Source: Phyllobates terribilis (taxonomy: Eukaryota). From it: a stretch of DNA of 64,000 nt. Every line of letters begins with the position of its first letter. Position 1 is the stretch's first letter. Position numbers and translations under genes: made by a program. Under the pieces are notes generated by a model. That model was not told the DNA's origin. It was given only the letters and a program-made list of their open reading frames with translations, and did no database searches. Below are positions 1 to 12,317 of this stretch, one piece after another. The stretch is from NCBI RefSeq assembly GCF_046119375.1, contig NW_027362762.1, forward strand, positions 932,232,001 through 932,296,000. Direction: 5' to 3'.

Positions 1-33
1 AGAACATTAGAGATATCCAGCCACAGTTCTTAC

Positions 34-754
34 CTTTAGTGTTATTTTTCACAGTCTTGGCCTGTCTTTGAGTGCACGTGGTACAAAGCAGCTGGTTACT
101 GCCGGCCAGGCTCTCCTTGCGGGTGAAATGATCGAGGCACGCCAGGACAGACCAGTCTTCCAACTGCAGCTTCTTTCTGTCCGAGAGGGTGCAAAACGCC
201 GTTTTGGGGTCATCGTTCACTACCTCGTAGACCTGTGTGCTCAGGCTGTCATCTATTATCTCAATCTTTATCTCATTGGGTTCGAGGCCAGAGCTCAGAT
301 TTAGCCGGTTTATGCTTTCCGTCAGCCGATTGGTGTCTTCTTCCGCTTGGGGTCTCTGCGTCACGTCGTACTGAGCCTCCCCATCATACATGTTCACCTG
401 ATCCTCGGTGGTTTTACTGCCTGAATCGCACTTATCTTCTGAATTCTCAGAACTTGTTTCGATGTGACCGTCATTCTGACCCCCCGCGCCGTCACTCAGG
501 TTCTCCAGTTCTACATTATTTCTGCAGGTTTTATTGTTCCCTTCTAAAGGATCCTCACTCCGCTCCATAGCAGCTTCATCTTTCACACTTAAGGAGACAT
601 CACCATCTGAGGGCTCGACCCGAGACCCGGCGTTATTATCTAATGTGTTATTGTCAGAGATGACGTCTTCCTCATCCTCCTCCTCTTCCTGGCCAGCATT
701 AAGATCCGTCAACAGCAGTGTCTTCCCCTGCAATTTCTGTTGTCGTCGATGATT
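34..754 (-). CDS. USP16: USP16 coding exon 13 (large acidic insertion of the USP domain); gene continues left of the window
   Basis: Acceptor ttgcag|AAT, donor AAAG|gtaaga. Open frame NHRRQQKLQGKTLLL...VYEVVNDDPKTAFCTLS...LLCTTCTQRQ resembles human USP16 NQRRQQKIQGK...VYEVVNEDPETAFCTL. Confidence 0.93.
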
Positions 755-1697
755 CTGCAAGATTGTAATACAATACAATAACATGATCAAGCAAAAAAAA
801 AAATAAAAAATTTGACCCTCCTGTAGACAAGGTTAGGAGGGTCAAGTCCCCAAATTGAGACATCCAAATAATTAAAGGGGTAGACATTCAAGGGACATCC
901 ACAGGTAATTCTATAAATATAGGGCCTGGTCCTACTAATGCACCTTACCTGCCATACACTGGAAATGATAAAATCCAACATCACCCATCGGTGGACACTT
1001 GAAAGACCCCATGAGGATAAGCACCACTTACATGACTAGCCTCCTGCATTTTTTGCCAGTTTTCCTCTACATCTAATTTTCAGTTGTCTCTGAGCTAGTG
1101 GGTGGAGTGTAACTGCTATGATGTCTCCCATACACAGCACAGACAGACATCAGGGATTCTTGCCCCCCCCTGTCTCTATGCAGTATGTTCTGGAGGACTT
1201 TACACAGTAATACTGAGCAGTATAACTGTGAATCCAGCTCTGGGGTGAGATAAACACTTAATAGGAAAGCTGCATTGTGTGTGTGTTCCATCATCTCTTA
1301 ATAGCCTTCAATAGGCAACTGTAATTTGATCTCTCAGTGAGCAAGTATTTGTCTGGTCCTGAGCAAGACAGATTTGAGTTGTTTTTTTCAAAGTGAATGA
1401 TGAGTTCAAGGGGCCGGGTTGGAAGGGTAGAAAACAAGTGACTCAAAAGTAGAGAAATAAAAGCAGACTTCTCAGATCAGATATATTACAAAGTTTCTTA
1501 TATTCGCTTGTACTATTGATTTATGTAATGTTTTTCGAAAAGACCCTGATCGTCAGCCAAGACATCATTACCGTCTCCTCAATGTCTGTATCTGGTGATT
1601 TTGCATAAAAATGGACTTTCAGACCATATTAGGCAGAGTTTTCAGGCCATGTCCTATGGGGGTCATATTATTTTCACAATACATTCACATTGCTCAC

Positions 1698-1871
1698 CTT
1701 TGCCTGCTTTTTCGCTTGCTTCTTTGCTTTCTTTTGAAGGTGTTTGCTTGGTCCGGACGCCGAGTCGTTTCTGTCTTTCACATAACCGTTGTCGTCATCA
1801 TTATCGTCATCATCCTCATTCTTCTGTTCACGGACATTCTTTGATGTTTTGAGGTTATTCTTCTTTGGGGG
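1698..1871 (-). CDS. USP16: USP16 coding exon 12
   Basis: ttttcag|CCC ... AAG|gtgagc; encodes ...SKHLQKKAKKQAKKQAK, identical to the human motif; 174 nt, phase 0. Confidence 0.95.
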
Positions 1872-1920
1872 CTGAAAATTGAAAATAATGAGCATTATAT
1901 TCTAGTGTCCAGAAGAACTA

Positions 1921-3059
1921 CAGTCATATCTAAAAGTTTTGAGATTTTTTTTTTTTTTTTTACAAAGTCAAAGTTTTCTGCCTTCTATAGCTGCAATTGA
2001 CATTAATTTTAGATTGCTATGAAGAGTGAAAACAAATTGCATAGTCATTCCTTGCCATGAAAAATCAAAAAAACCCATTTCCACTGAATTTCAGCCCTGC
2101 TACAAAAGGATCTACCAACAAGGACCAGGACCGTCTCCTAAAGAGGACTCAGCTACAGTATATAAACACCAGTGCAGAGCTTGCCCAAGGATGGCAGCAG
2201 GCAGGAGTCCGTGCATCTGAAAGCACAGTGAGGTGAAGGCTTTTTGAGGCGGCCTGGTGTCAAAAAAAAAAAGAAAAAATAAGTAATTTCTCTCAAAGAA
2301 AAACCATCAAGGACAGACTAATATTCTGCAGGAAGTACAGGGATTGGATAGCAGAGGTCGAGAGAAGGTTATTTTCTGTGATGAAGCCCCTTCAGACTGT
2401 TTGGGACATCTGGAAAAAGGAGGATTGTCCGGAAAAGAAAAGGTGACGCTGCCATGAGCCCTGTGTCTGCTAACAGTAAGGCATCCTCAGACCATTCATG
2501 TGTGGGGGCTTCTCATTCATGGAGGAGGCCCACTCACAATGTTGCTTAAGAACATTAAGGAATAGGATCTAAACCTCCTCCAAGAGCAACTTCTCCCAAC
2601 CATCCAGGAGCAATATTGTGATTAACAATGTTTTTTTCCAGCATGATGGAGACACAAAACATTTAAATTTTGGGGTCCATGGTCAGAAAATTCTCCAGAT
2701 CTCAATCCCATAAGAATCTTTGGTTAATCCTCAAAAAGCGGGTGGACAAACAAAATCACAGAACTAGTAAACCTCCAAGCACTGATGAGACAAGAATGGG
2801 TCATCAGGCAGGATTTGGCCCAGAAACCAGCTGCCAGGGGGGTAGGCCAAAAGTTTTGAATAATAAGGGTCAGCACTGTAAATATTGAGTCTTCACAAAC
2901 TTTTTTTTATTGACAATACATCAAGTTTAACAACTTGTGAAATACTTATAATTGTACTTCAGTAACCATAGAAATATCTGACGAAAAGATATAAAACCAC
3001 GGAAGAAGCAAACTCTGAAAACCAAACTGTGTCAGTCTCAAAACTTTTCACCACGACTG
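1921..3059 (+). mobile_element. Decayed Tc1-like transposon in a USP16 intron
   Basis: TA flanks; imperfect TIRs cagtc...aaaagttttgaga; remnant SPDLNP..NLWLILKKRV near 2680-2740. Confidence 0.75.
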
Positions 3060-3317
3060 TAGCGAACCTCCCCAGTCAGCAGCAACATTTTTCTTTCCCA
3101 TTGGTAGTCCAAGCTAGTAGTCATGGCCTTTATTGCTCCAGGTGTCCGATCTATGGCTACTTTATTCTCACAGCTCTTCTCCTTCTATATTGATCATACT
3201 CTGCCACCTAGAGGTTATTACTTACGTCCCCCTTTTGTCATTCATTTTAGAAAAGCCAATAAAAATGTGGCGTGAGTGACGTGCCCATTACAGGACCTGC
3301 AAGTTAACTGTTCTCAC

Positions 3318-3374
3318 CGTATCATCCAGCACAGGAAGAGACAGGTCAAGAAAAGGCTCATGGACCAAGGATAC
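3318..3374 (-). CDS. USP16: USP16 coding exon 11
   Basis: ttcaag|GTA ... ACG|gtgaga; VSLVHEPFLDLSLPVLDDT. Confidence 0.95.
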
Positions 3375-4122
3375 CTTGAAGAGACAAAAAATATATATAT
3401 GTATTTTTTATTTGATGTACTGATATCCTGACATCAGGAAGAGACAGGACTGAAGAGAAACAAAGACGACAAAGATAGTACTGAGTAGGGTTTGTTTGTT
3501 TTTTTTATTAGTACTCCCTCTGCATTGATCCTATTCAGTCTCGTGTTACAATACAGACTGTATTAATTTATCTGTTTCCCAGGAGATCCACCATTTTCTC
3601 CTCTCCTTCTCAAACAAAATCAGGTAAGTCTATTATACACTATGTATTAGGATGAAAAATAATGCTCAAAAAAATTAAATGGAGGGAACATTTATATCAC
3701 ACATTAAACTGTCTATGGCGCTATCTGGCAGCATCGGTTGCACTGATACATAATGACCCGGTGCTTTTCAACTATTTCAGTTCTGGGGAAAATAAAAGCA
3801 ACTTCTCCAATTTTTTTTTTAGCAGTGTATTTCCAAGTTTTATTTGTCACTCAACTGAGAGAAGAGACAAAAACTCCTCCCAAAGAAGGAGCATTTACTC
3901 AAGCAGTTTCCATTAGAAAGCGTCTCATCTTTGACCGCCTCAAAAAAAAAAAAAAAACCTCTAAGCACAAACCTTAAAGGTTTACATTATTGTTAAGCAA
4001 AACTACTCAGGGTGCACATATCCTTAAGAGTGTAAAAACTCATCCCAACTTAGTTTGCATTATGTGGGGGGGATTTATGAGTGTGAGCTATAAAACATAT
4101 AGCGGAAGTGCAATGAACTTAC

Positions 4123-4214
4123 CGTGCAGCAAGTCTCACACATTATCGTACTTGTTAGCTCGCCTCCAAATAAGCGATCCACAAAAGTGGGGATAACTCT
4201 TCTTTTCTCACATT
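4123..4214 (-). CDS. USP16: USP16 coding exon 10
   Basis: gtttag|AA ... ACG|gtaagt; [31 protein letters not shown]. Confidence 0.95.
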
Positions 4215-4531
4215 CTAAACAAAAGACATGAGAAAGGTTCATATCCACAAACCAGCATTCAGACTGAATGTGTCCCCAATTTTTGGAGTTTTAACACACA
4301 GGGCTGTCTCCCAGCTCATCGGACTCCTGCATCTTCCAAGTAATGCGGCTTCATGGTAGGAGTGATCCCCGCAGATCCAGAACAGAATATTCACATGTAA
4401 GTTTCACAGTTGTTTATCACGGACCCATTTATATACACATGTGGCTTGCAGTGATCGGAGCACATGCTGCAGAAACAGCCCCACTGTGATGCATGGAGCC
4501 AAATTCGGCCATTTGTGAATGTCGGATGTAC

Positions 4532-4613
4532 CTTTAACGAGCTTTTTAACTTCCTCCTCATCCATGTTGTCTGAATCTTCAGTTAATGCCTTGGAAAGTG
4601 CCGCAGAGACTCT
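4532..4613 (-). CDS. USP16: USP16 coding exon 9
   Basis: gttacag|AGA ... AAAG|gtacat; RVSAALSKALTEDSDNMDEEEVKKLVK; phases fit both neighbours. Confidence 0.9.
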
Positions 4614-5431
4614 CTGTAACATTTGAGTATACGTGTGAGGACACAGATAATGCAATCCTCCCCCTATACAAATAACTCAAACATTTTTACACCACACTTT
4701 TTTTTTTTTTTTACCCATTTGTACTAACTGAGTAAAAGCCCTAAAACAAGTCTGTGCAGCACGGAGAGGTAGTCTATTGTACAGCAAATAATGCTTGTTC
4801 AAGTGCTGACCAGAGAGGAACAAAATTAAAGGAAAGGTGCAGCGATTTTTAATTTTGCATTAATAATTCTATAATCAATTATATTTAACACAATTAAATG
4901 TACAACTTTAATAGTTTTTTTTTTAAATTATTTTATATTTCAGCCACTGGGGGCTGCCACTTTCATTTGGGGGTGTGCAAGTGTCTGAGCACAACACTTA
5001 CACACCTCAAATCCGGCAGCCCGCGGTCGGACGGTGCGGTTGGTATGCACGCGGGTTGATTTGCATATAACTGGATCCGCGGCCCAAACTGGACATTGAG
5101 ATGTGCAGGTGCTGCGCTGTGGGATCCTCTGCAGCTTTTCCGAGAAGGCCGAGCATGGCCGTTCTTCTCATGGATGATTTTGGCCACAGTATAGAACAGG
5201 ATGGAAGCAGATTTTTTCCCGATGTATGTGAACAGGGCGCTCACAGTGGGGTGCGAATAGTTTTGATGCAGGTTTCCGCAAGCAATTCACGCCGAAATCT
5301 TATTTGCAAATTTAGAACAAGTGAATGGTCCCCAGGAGGGGAGGTAAGAGATAGGACTTCTACCAAAAGTATTTTACTATAGTGGTGGCATGCAGCATTG
5401 TGGATCTGGTAAGACGGATTTGATTGGATAC

Positions 5432-5519
5432 CTGGATTTCTTCTCCTCTCATCCCATCTAGGAGGTAGCGGAGCAGCTCCTGGCTATCCTGCTGCTGGTA
5501 GCCTCTGAACCGCACTGCC
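5432..5519 (-). CDS. USP16: USP16 coding exon 8 (QQD box)
   Basis: ctttcag|G ... CAG|gtatcc; [29 protein letters not shown]. Confidence 0.96.
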
Positions 5520-5768
5520 CTGAAAGCACAACATAATTCCTACAGGGCCATATAAAGAAAGCTAACAAATGGCTAAAATCTAGTCGAGCTCAGTGTTATA
5601 CTTCATTCTTCTTAAACGCATATACAAAATAAAAATAAAAAAAGATTTCAATACCATTCCAGGTCTCATGAAAGCCCCATTCCAATTTCTTTAGGAAGAG
5701 TCAAAATCATCCAGTTGTGGAATTTAAAGAGCCGCCGTCGTTGCATAGGTTTCCTGGTGCATACTCAC

Positions 5769-5935
5769 TTTTTACAGACCTGAGAGAAGAGCTCTTTAGG
5801 GGTCACTACCCCTTTTTTAGTCTCTTGCATCTCAGTCAGAAACTGCCACATGGCCAAAGTCAGGGGTCCCGGCTGCTGCTCCAGCGTCACCTCTCGGGGT
5901 CCCGGCTGCTGCTCCAGCGTCACCTCTCGGTAAGC
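5769..5935 (-). CDS. USP16: USP16 coding exon 7, containing a 33-nt in-frame tandem duplication
   Basis: ctttcag|GCT ... AAAAA|gtgagt; [55 protein letters not shown]. Confidence 0.95.
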
Positions 5936-6716
5936 CTGAAAGTACAAGATGTCCACCATGTCAGGTACAAAAAACGCTGACCGCCACCATTCTTGTTCTG
6001 TTAATTTGGCTTATACGAAGGCCAAGTTTCCGCAATGAGTATTTGGTGAGTTTTCGATGCTGTAGCATTTTCTGCACCAACTAGCTAATTAAAGTTACTT
6101 ACGGCTTTTTTATTGCTTTTTATTTCTTGCTATGGATTGTGTCTCTTATGTCATGTTTTATGTTATAAAACATTGTTTTGGAAATTTTTTAGTTGCTCAA
6201 TAACTGAATTATCATGAAAATGTTTTTTTGGATAAAGTCATCATGTGCGGATTACATGCGGGTTTTAATTGCATATAGACTGCAGAAGCAATTTTTTTTT
6301 TTCTTTCATCTGCAAATATTCCAGATCTGATTCAAGTCTACAGGGAAAGAAAAAATCTGCTAATAAAATACATATGTAGAGAAACGGATAAAAAACCCAA
6401 AAAAAACAACGCCGGTCTGTTTCCGCAGCATAAAAATAAAAAAATAAGCACGGTGGGCATGAGGATTATATCAATCCCATACATTTTTCGGGAACTGTAA
6501 TACACTATGTTTTTTTTTTTTTTTTTTTTATTAGTAGCAGGAATAAAAAAAAAACAAATACGCATTAAATACTTATTGTGGGAAATTAATCTAAAAGTCC
6601 CAACTCATAGGATCAACCAAGACCAGATCACAAGAGAGGACACATGGGAATAAAAAAAAAAAAGAAGAAAATGAATGAAAGACTGGCGAAATAAAAATAA
6701 ATAAAAGCACACTCAC

Positions 6717-6809
6717 AGGCTGGGTATCGGGCACTTGTACAGTCACAATTCTCCCTGGAAGTTTCACGTCATTTAGAAGTTCTCGTAACGCGGGCGTCTG
6801 TGACAAGTT
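6717..6809 (-). CDS. USP16: USP16 coding exon 6
   Basis: tttaag|AAC ... CCT|gtgagt; NLSQTPALRELLNDVKLPGRIVTVQVPDTQP. Confidence 0.94.
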
Positions 6810-7033
6810 CTTAAATGAGAAGAAAAAAAAAATAAAAATCACTCATTATTTTTGGTGATAATGAGAACAGTCCAGACAAAACTCCGACAATGTGATACTG
6901 CATACAGGGGCCCAATGTATAAATCGTGCACAGTCTGCTCCCCCCAGAACACAAGTCATTTTTTTTCGCTCTGAGCGACATCATGGAGGCCGCCTGTCGA
7001 CACTAGAGATGTTGGATTTCTATACATTCTTAC

Positions 7034-7224
7034 CTGCATGACAGCGTTGAAGAAGCAGGTGTTCCCCAAGTTACTGAGCCCTTTAACGGTGACCTCCTTG
7101 CTCTCGCTCCGGGTGCCGACTGTTTTTTCCACTTTGGCGGTGGACTTTGTGGAGTCTTCGCCTGTTTGAGGAGTTTCCTTCTCCTCTGTGTTATCGGTAT
7201 TGCTTATAACTTGGTCCGATTCAC
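7034..7224 (-). CDS. USP16: USP16 coding exon 5 (catalytic Cys box)
   Basis: ttgaag|GT ... CAG|gtaaga; ends [20 protein letters not shown]. Confidence 0.97.
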
Positions 7225-8329
7225 CTTCAATAAAGAAAACAGAAAAAAATACACAAAGAGGAGGAAAAGACTGATCCAATAAAACCCTGCAGAATCAGGA
7301 TAATGTGCACCAAACATCAATAATCATCACGTTCTAGAAAAGTATTAAGAAAAAGTTTGGCCTCATCGTAGTCATACTGACACCATGAATCAAGTTGTCG
7401 GGTCATTACTACTGATTAATCAACGTCGTAAAAAAGGGTAATTTAAAAAAAAAAAAAAAAAGTTCGTTTTTTTCTCACAATTTTACCACACTTCTAATCC
7501 CGCACCTCCAAACCCCCCAGTAATGGCTGTGTCTAACCATGCAGGAACATGGTCTGATCATACCACAGCTCTTGGGCAGGAGGGGGTGAGGGTTTACTTT
7601 TTGAGTGACGAGTTGTAATTTTGAATGACACCATTTATTTTACCATATCGTGTACTGGAAAACGGGGAAAAAAATTAAAGTGCAGTGAAATTGCAAAAAA
7701 AGTGCAATTCCACAATTGTTTTTTGGACTTTTTTTTTTTTACCACGTTCACTAAATGCTAAAACGGACCTGCCATTATGATTCTCCAGGTCATTATGAGT
7801 TTGTAGACACTAAACATGTATAGGTTCTTTTGTTATTTAAGTGGTGAAAAAAAAAAAAAAAAAAGACACCATTTTCTGAGACCCCTAACATCTCCATTTT
7901 TTGGGATCTGGGACCGGGTGAGGGCTTATTTTTTGCGTGCCGAGCTGCTGTCTTTATTGATATTATTTTGGTATAGATACGATGTTTTGATCGCCCGTTA
8001 TTGCATTTTATTGCAATGTTGCCGCAACCAAAAAAATATATAATTCTTGCGTTTTGATTTCTTTTCTTGTTATGCCGTTTACCAATCGGATTAATTCTTT
8101 TTAAGCAGTTGATAGATCAGACGATTCTGAACGAGGCGATACCAAATATGAGTAATTGAATATTCTATGAGATGAAGATCAAGCTCCTGGACGGGGCCCT
8201 ATTTTGCCATCTAGATGTCATTTAGAGTTGGTTCTCTGGCTATTTCAGAACTACAACTCCCAGCATGCTGCCCGATCCGATGTCAGTGATATTTGACGAT
8301 GCACACGGAAGCCTCGCACGTCCACAAAC

Positions 8330-8439
8330 CTTTATCTCCGGCGCGGACGTTAGACTTGGACTTTTTCTGGATATATTCCACCAGCTGTCGGAGCCGCCCG
8401 GAGCAGTTGTGGTCGACTTCGCCATCGCACAGGTAGCAC
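8330..8439 (-). CDS. USP16: USP16 coding exon 4 (end of ZnF-UBP)
   Basis: ggaag|G ... AAAG|gtttgt; CYLCDGEVDHNCSGRLRQLVEYIQKK. Confidence 0.92.
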
Positions 8440-8650
8440 CTTCCAGAAAATGGGAAAAGGAACAAATATCAGGAGCCGGAAGCTGCTCGTTCTTCTATCC
8501 AATGTTTGGTCGCTTCTCGTTCAGCATCACAGCTTATTTCTCACGGGTTGGAATCTATACAAATTTCTCTCTTTTTTTATTAGTTCTAAATTAGTCATTT
8601 TATTTCTCCTCCATGCTTTACACTGCAGCTGTTGATCTTTGGATTCTCAC

Positions 8651-8754
8651 CATACATTCCAGTCTCTGACACTGAGCACCAGACAGTGCGGCTCGGACCT
8701 GGGGGTGTTGTAATGGTTTAGTGCGTGCTTCTGCTCTGAGTATCTGCCGCAGCC
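8651..8754 (-). CDS. USP16: USP16 coding exon 3 (ZnF-UBP)
   Basis: tcgcag|GGC ... TG|gtgaga; [35 protein letters not shown]. Confidence 0.96.
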
Positions 8755-9814
8755 CTGCGAGAAGGACAGAAATGTGACGTTCATATACAGCCGGGGTCCC
8801 GTTACATACGTCCTAGGTGACCTGTGCACACTACAAGGTTTCCATTAGCCATCAAATGGAAAAAAAAAAAAAAAAAAAAAGGAGACCTGAAACACTGGGT
8901 GCTTGCAGATTTGGGGAAAAAAAACACTTAATTGAATAACATTGTTTTTTTTCTACAGGTTGAAAATATGTTTGCGTGAATGCAGCCGCGTCAGATCTAT
9001 AAACCGGCACCGGAGGGTCTGCAATGTACCCTCAAAGTTTTCAGCCCCATCTTGCACCAAACAGAGAAAGGCAAGACAACATGGAGGATTTTGTGATATA
9101 GATGAATGTACTGATATTGCACATATCAGACATATAAAGTCTGGGTTTCTGGGGGGGTTTGCTCCTGTGGATCGGGTCCCATCGGTTCACCGCAGAAAGC
9201 GCCGTTCTGCTCAGACACCTTAAAGAGGTTTGATGGTTTAGGAAAATCCCTCTCCACAAGAGCACTTTGTTTTAAAAAAAAAATGCTTTGTTCACCCTCC
9301 CCGGGTCCAACGCCGAGTTCCCTCCACTGCTCCTGGTGTCTGTAATTGTCTGCAGTGTTGAAGTCACCTGAACAACTGAGCTCAGCAGTTCTGCCCGAGT
9401 TGACGGCACGAGGTCCTTAGAGCTGCTGAGCTCGGGGGGATCGGCTGCAGCGCTGTCGACGTGCAGACAATATCAGACACAAGGGGTAACAGCAGAGCTG
9501 GACCTGGGGAGGGTGAGTAAAAGAACAGGTTTAACTGCAGCCAGGGGATAGTGGAAAAAAACCTTTAAAAAGTAGGGAGTAGAGCGGAGAAGAGCAGACC
9601 CGGCCCGGCCATGGTTGCCCATTTAGTGGGGTGGCCAGCCTGTAATACTTCAGATCTGCAGATGAAAAATTCTGGTAAGAGTGTGGAGACCCCCCATTAT
9701 TAGGATTAAAGGGGGGTATCAGACAGTAAAAATGCACAGATCCTACTATCTAGACTGGTAAAACAAGCGACAGCCTAAAGCTGGAAACTCCCCGTGAACC
9801 CTGGAAAATCGCAC

Positions 9815-9984
9815 CCTGTGGCCGCACTTCAGGCAGATCCAGACCGCATCGTCCTCTTCCTCGGAGCTGGCCTTCTCCTGGTAGTCTGTATGGCAGTCCT
9901 GACAGACGTTCCACTCCACATTGACCAGCGCCCTCTTCACCGCTCCTTCCTCCACTCCTTTCCGGATATGTCTGCACGTTGGTC
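9815..9984 (-). CDS. USP16: USP16 coding exon 2 (ZnF-UBP)
   Basis: tttcag|GA ... AGG|gtgcga; [30 protein letters not shown]...WICLKCGHR. Confidence 0.96.
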
Positions 9985-10482
9985 CTGAAAGACAAATCTT
10001 TAGTGAAGACCCAAGGTCCACGGGGGGGCAGGGAGCCTTACGCTGTGTTCACACCAAATTTTGGACACATGCAGCAATTTTGCAATGGATTAGCTAAGTG
10101 GAAAAAAAATCGGCAGAGGAATACAGTGTGTGCCGAGCAGATGATTATTCTATAATCTCAGCAACATGTTGCAGACATTTTCCATGCACAAAAAGTTTTT
10201 AAAATCCACAAATTGTGCGACATGTTACGTGACAGATTCAGCTCTGATTTCGCTCACAAATTCAATCGTTAGGGAATAGTGCAGCAAAAATCTGCAACAA
10301 ATCTGCTGCTTGTGCAGGTAAGTATAGTCCTTCCTCAGACAGGGAGGGTTTTTTTTCAGACAGATTTACGAGAAGAAAACCAGCAGAGTAACTCGGAGAT
10401 TTCAACCAATCTCACTAAATTAGAATATCATCAAAAAGTTATTTTTTTTTTTCAGTCTTCAATACAAAAAGTGAAACTCATA

Positions 10483-12317
10483 TACTGCTCAAAAAAATAA
10501 AGGGAACACAATGTAACTCCAAGTCAATAACACTTCTGTGAAATCTACCTGTACAGTTATGAAGCAACACTGATTGTGAATCAATTTATCCTGCTGTTGT
10601 GCAAAAGGAACAGACAACAGGTAGAAATGATAGACCATTAGCAAGATACCCCCTATAAAGGAGCGGTTCTGCAGGTGGTGACCACAGACCATTTCTCTGT
10701 TCTCATCCTTTTTGGCTGTTCTTTTGGTCATTTTGCCATTGCTCTCACCCCTAGAGGTACAGTAGCATGAGGCGGTGTCTACAGTACAACCCACAGAAGT
10801 TGCTCAGGTAGTGCAGTTCATCCAGAATTGCACATCAATGCGAACTGTGACAAGAAGGTTTGCTGTGTCTGTCAGCATAGTGTCCAGAGGCTGGAGGCGC
10901 TACCAGGAGACAGGCCAGTACACCAGGAGACGTGGAGGGGGGCCGTAGGAGGGCAACAACCCAGCAGCAGGACCGCTACCTCCTCCTTTGTGCAAGGAGG
11001 AACAGGAGGAGCACTGCCAGAGCCCTGCAAAATGACCTCCAGCAGGCCACAAATGTGCATGTGTCTGCACAAACGGTTAGAAACCGAGGGTGGTAGGAGG
11101 GCCCGACGTCCACAGATGGGGGTTGTGCTCACAGCCCAACACCATGCAGGACGCTTGGCATTTGCCACAGAACACCATGATTGGCAAAGTCGCCACTGGC
11201 GCCCTGTGCTCCTCACAGATGAAAGCAGGTTCACACTGAGCACATGTGACAGACGTGACAGAGTCTGGAGACGCCGTGGAGAGTGATCTGCTGCCTGCAA
11301 CATCCTTCAGCATGACCGGTTTGGCAGTGGGTCAGTAATGGTGTGGGGTGGCATTTCTTTGGAGGGCCGCACAGCCCTCCATGTCCTCGCCAGAGGTAGC
11401 CTGACTGCCATTAGGTACCGAGATGAGATCCTCAGACCTCTTGTGAGACCATATGCTGGTGCGGTTGGACCTGGGTTCCTCCAAATGCAGGACAATGCCA
11501 GACCTCATGTGGCTGGAGTGTGTCAGCAGGTCCTGCAAGATGAAGGCATTGAAGCTATGGACTGGCCCGCCCGTTCCCCAGACCTGAATCCGATTGTCAT
11601 GTCTCGCTCCATCCACCAACGTCACGTTGCACCACAGACTGTACATGAGTTGGAGGATGCTTTGGTCCAGGTCTGGGAGGAGATCCCTACAGGAGACCAT
11701 CCGCAACCTCATCAGGAGCATGCCCAGGCGTTGTAGGGAGGTCATACAGGCACGTGGAGGCCACACACAATACTGAGCCTCATCAGGAGCATGCCCAGGC
11801 GTTGTAGGGAGGTCATACAGGCATGTGGAGGCCACACACAATACTCAGCCTCATCAGGAGCATGCCCAGGCGTTGTAGGGAGGTCATACAGGCACGTGGA
11901 GGCCACACACAATACTGAGCCTCATCAGGAGCATGCCCAGGTGTTGTAGGGAGGTCATACAGGCACGTGGAGGCCACACACAATACTCAGCCTCATCAGG
12001 AGCATGCCCAGGCGTTGTAGGGAGGTCATACAGGCACGTGGAGGCCACACACAATACTGAGCCTCATTTTGACTTGTTTTAAGGACATTACATCAAAGTT
12101 GGATCAGCCTGTAGTGTGTTTTTCCACTTTAATTTTGGGGGGTGACTCCAAATCCAGGCTTCCATTGGTTAATAAATTTGATTTCCATTGATGATTTTTG
12201 TGTGATTTTGTTGTCAGCACATTCAACTTTGTACAGAACAAAGTATTCAATGAGAATATTTCATTCATTCAGATCTAGGATGTGTTATGAGTGTTCCCTT
12301 TATTTTTTTGAGCAGTG
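10483..12317 (+). mobile_element. Tc1-like transposon with degenerate transposase, nested in the IR of another Tc1
   Basis: TIRs actgctcaaaaaaataaagggaacac / gtgttccctttatttttttgagcagt with TA TSD; motifs [33 protein letters not shown]; stops and frameshifts. Confidence 0.92.
11707..12061 (+). repeat. Five tandem copies of a 71-bp unit spanning the transposase C-terminus and stop
   Basis: cctcatcaggagcatgcccaggcgttgtagg...cacacacaatactgag starting at 11707, 11778, 11849, 11920 and 11991. Confidence 0.95.

Noticed and set aside
8249-8268. Perfect ZNF143/THAP11-type motif AACTACAACTCCCAGCATGC in a USP16 intron
   Set aside because: No CpG island or other promoter features nearby, and this string may be repeat-derived. 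It also weakens the same motif as sole evidence at 54621.
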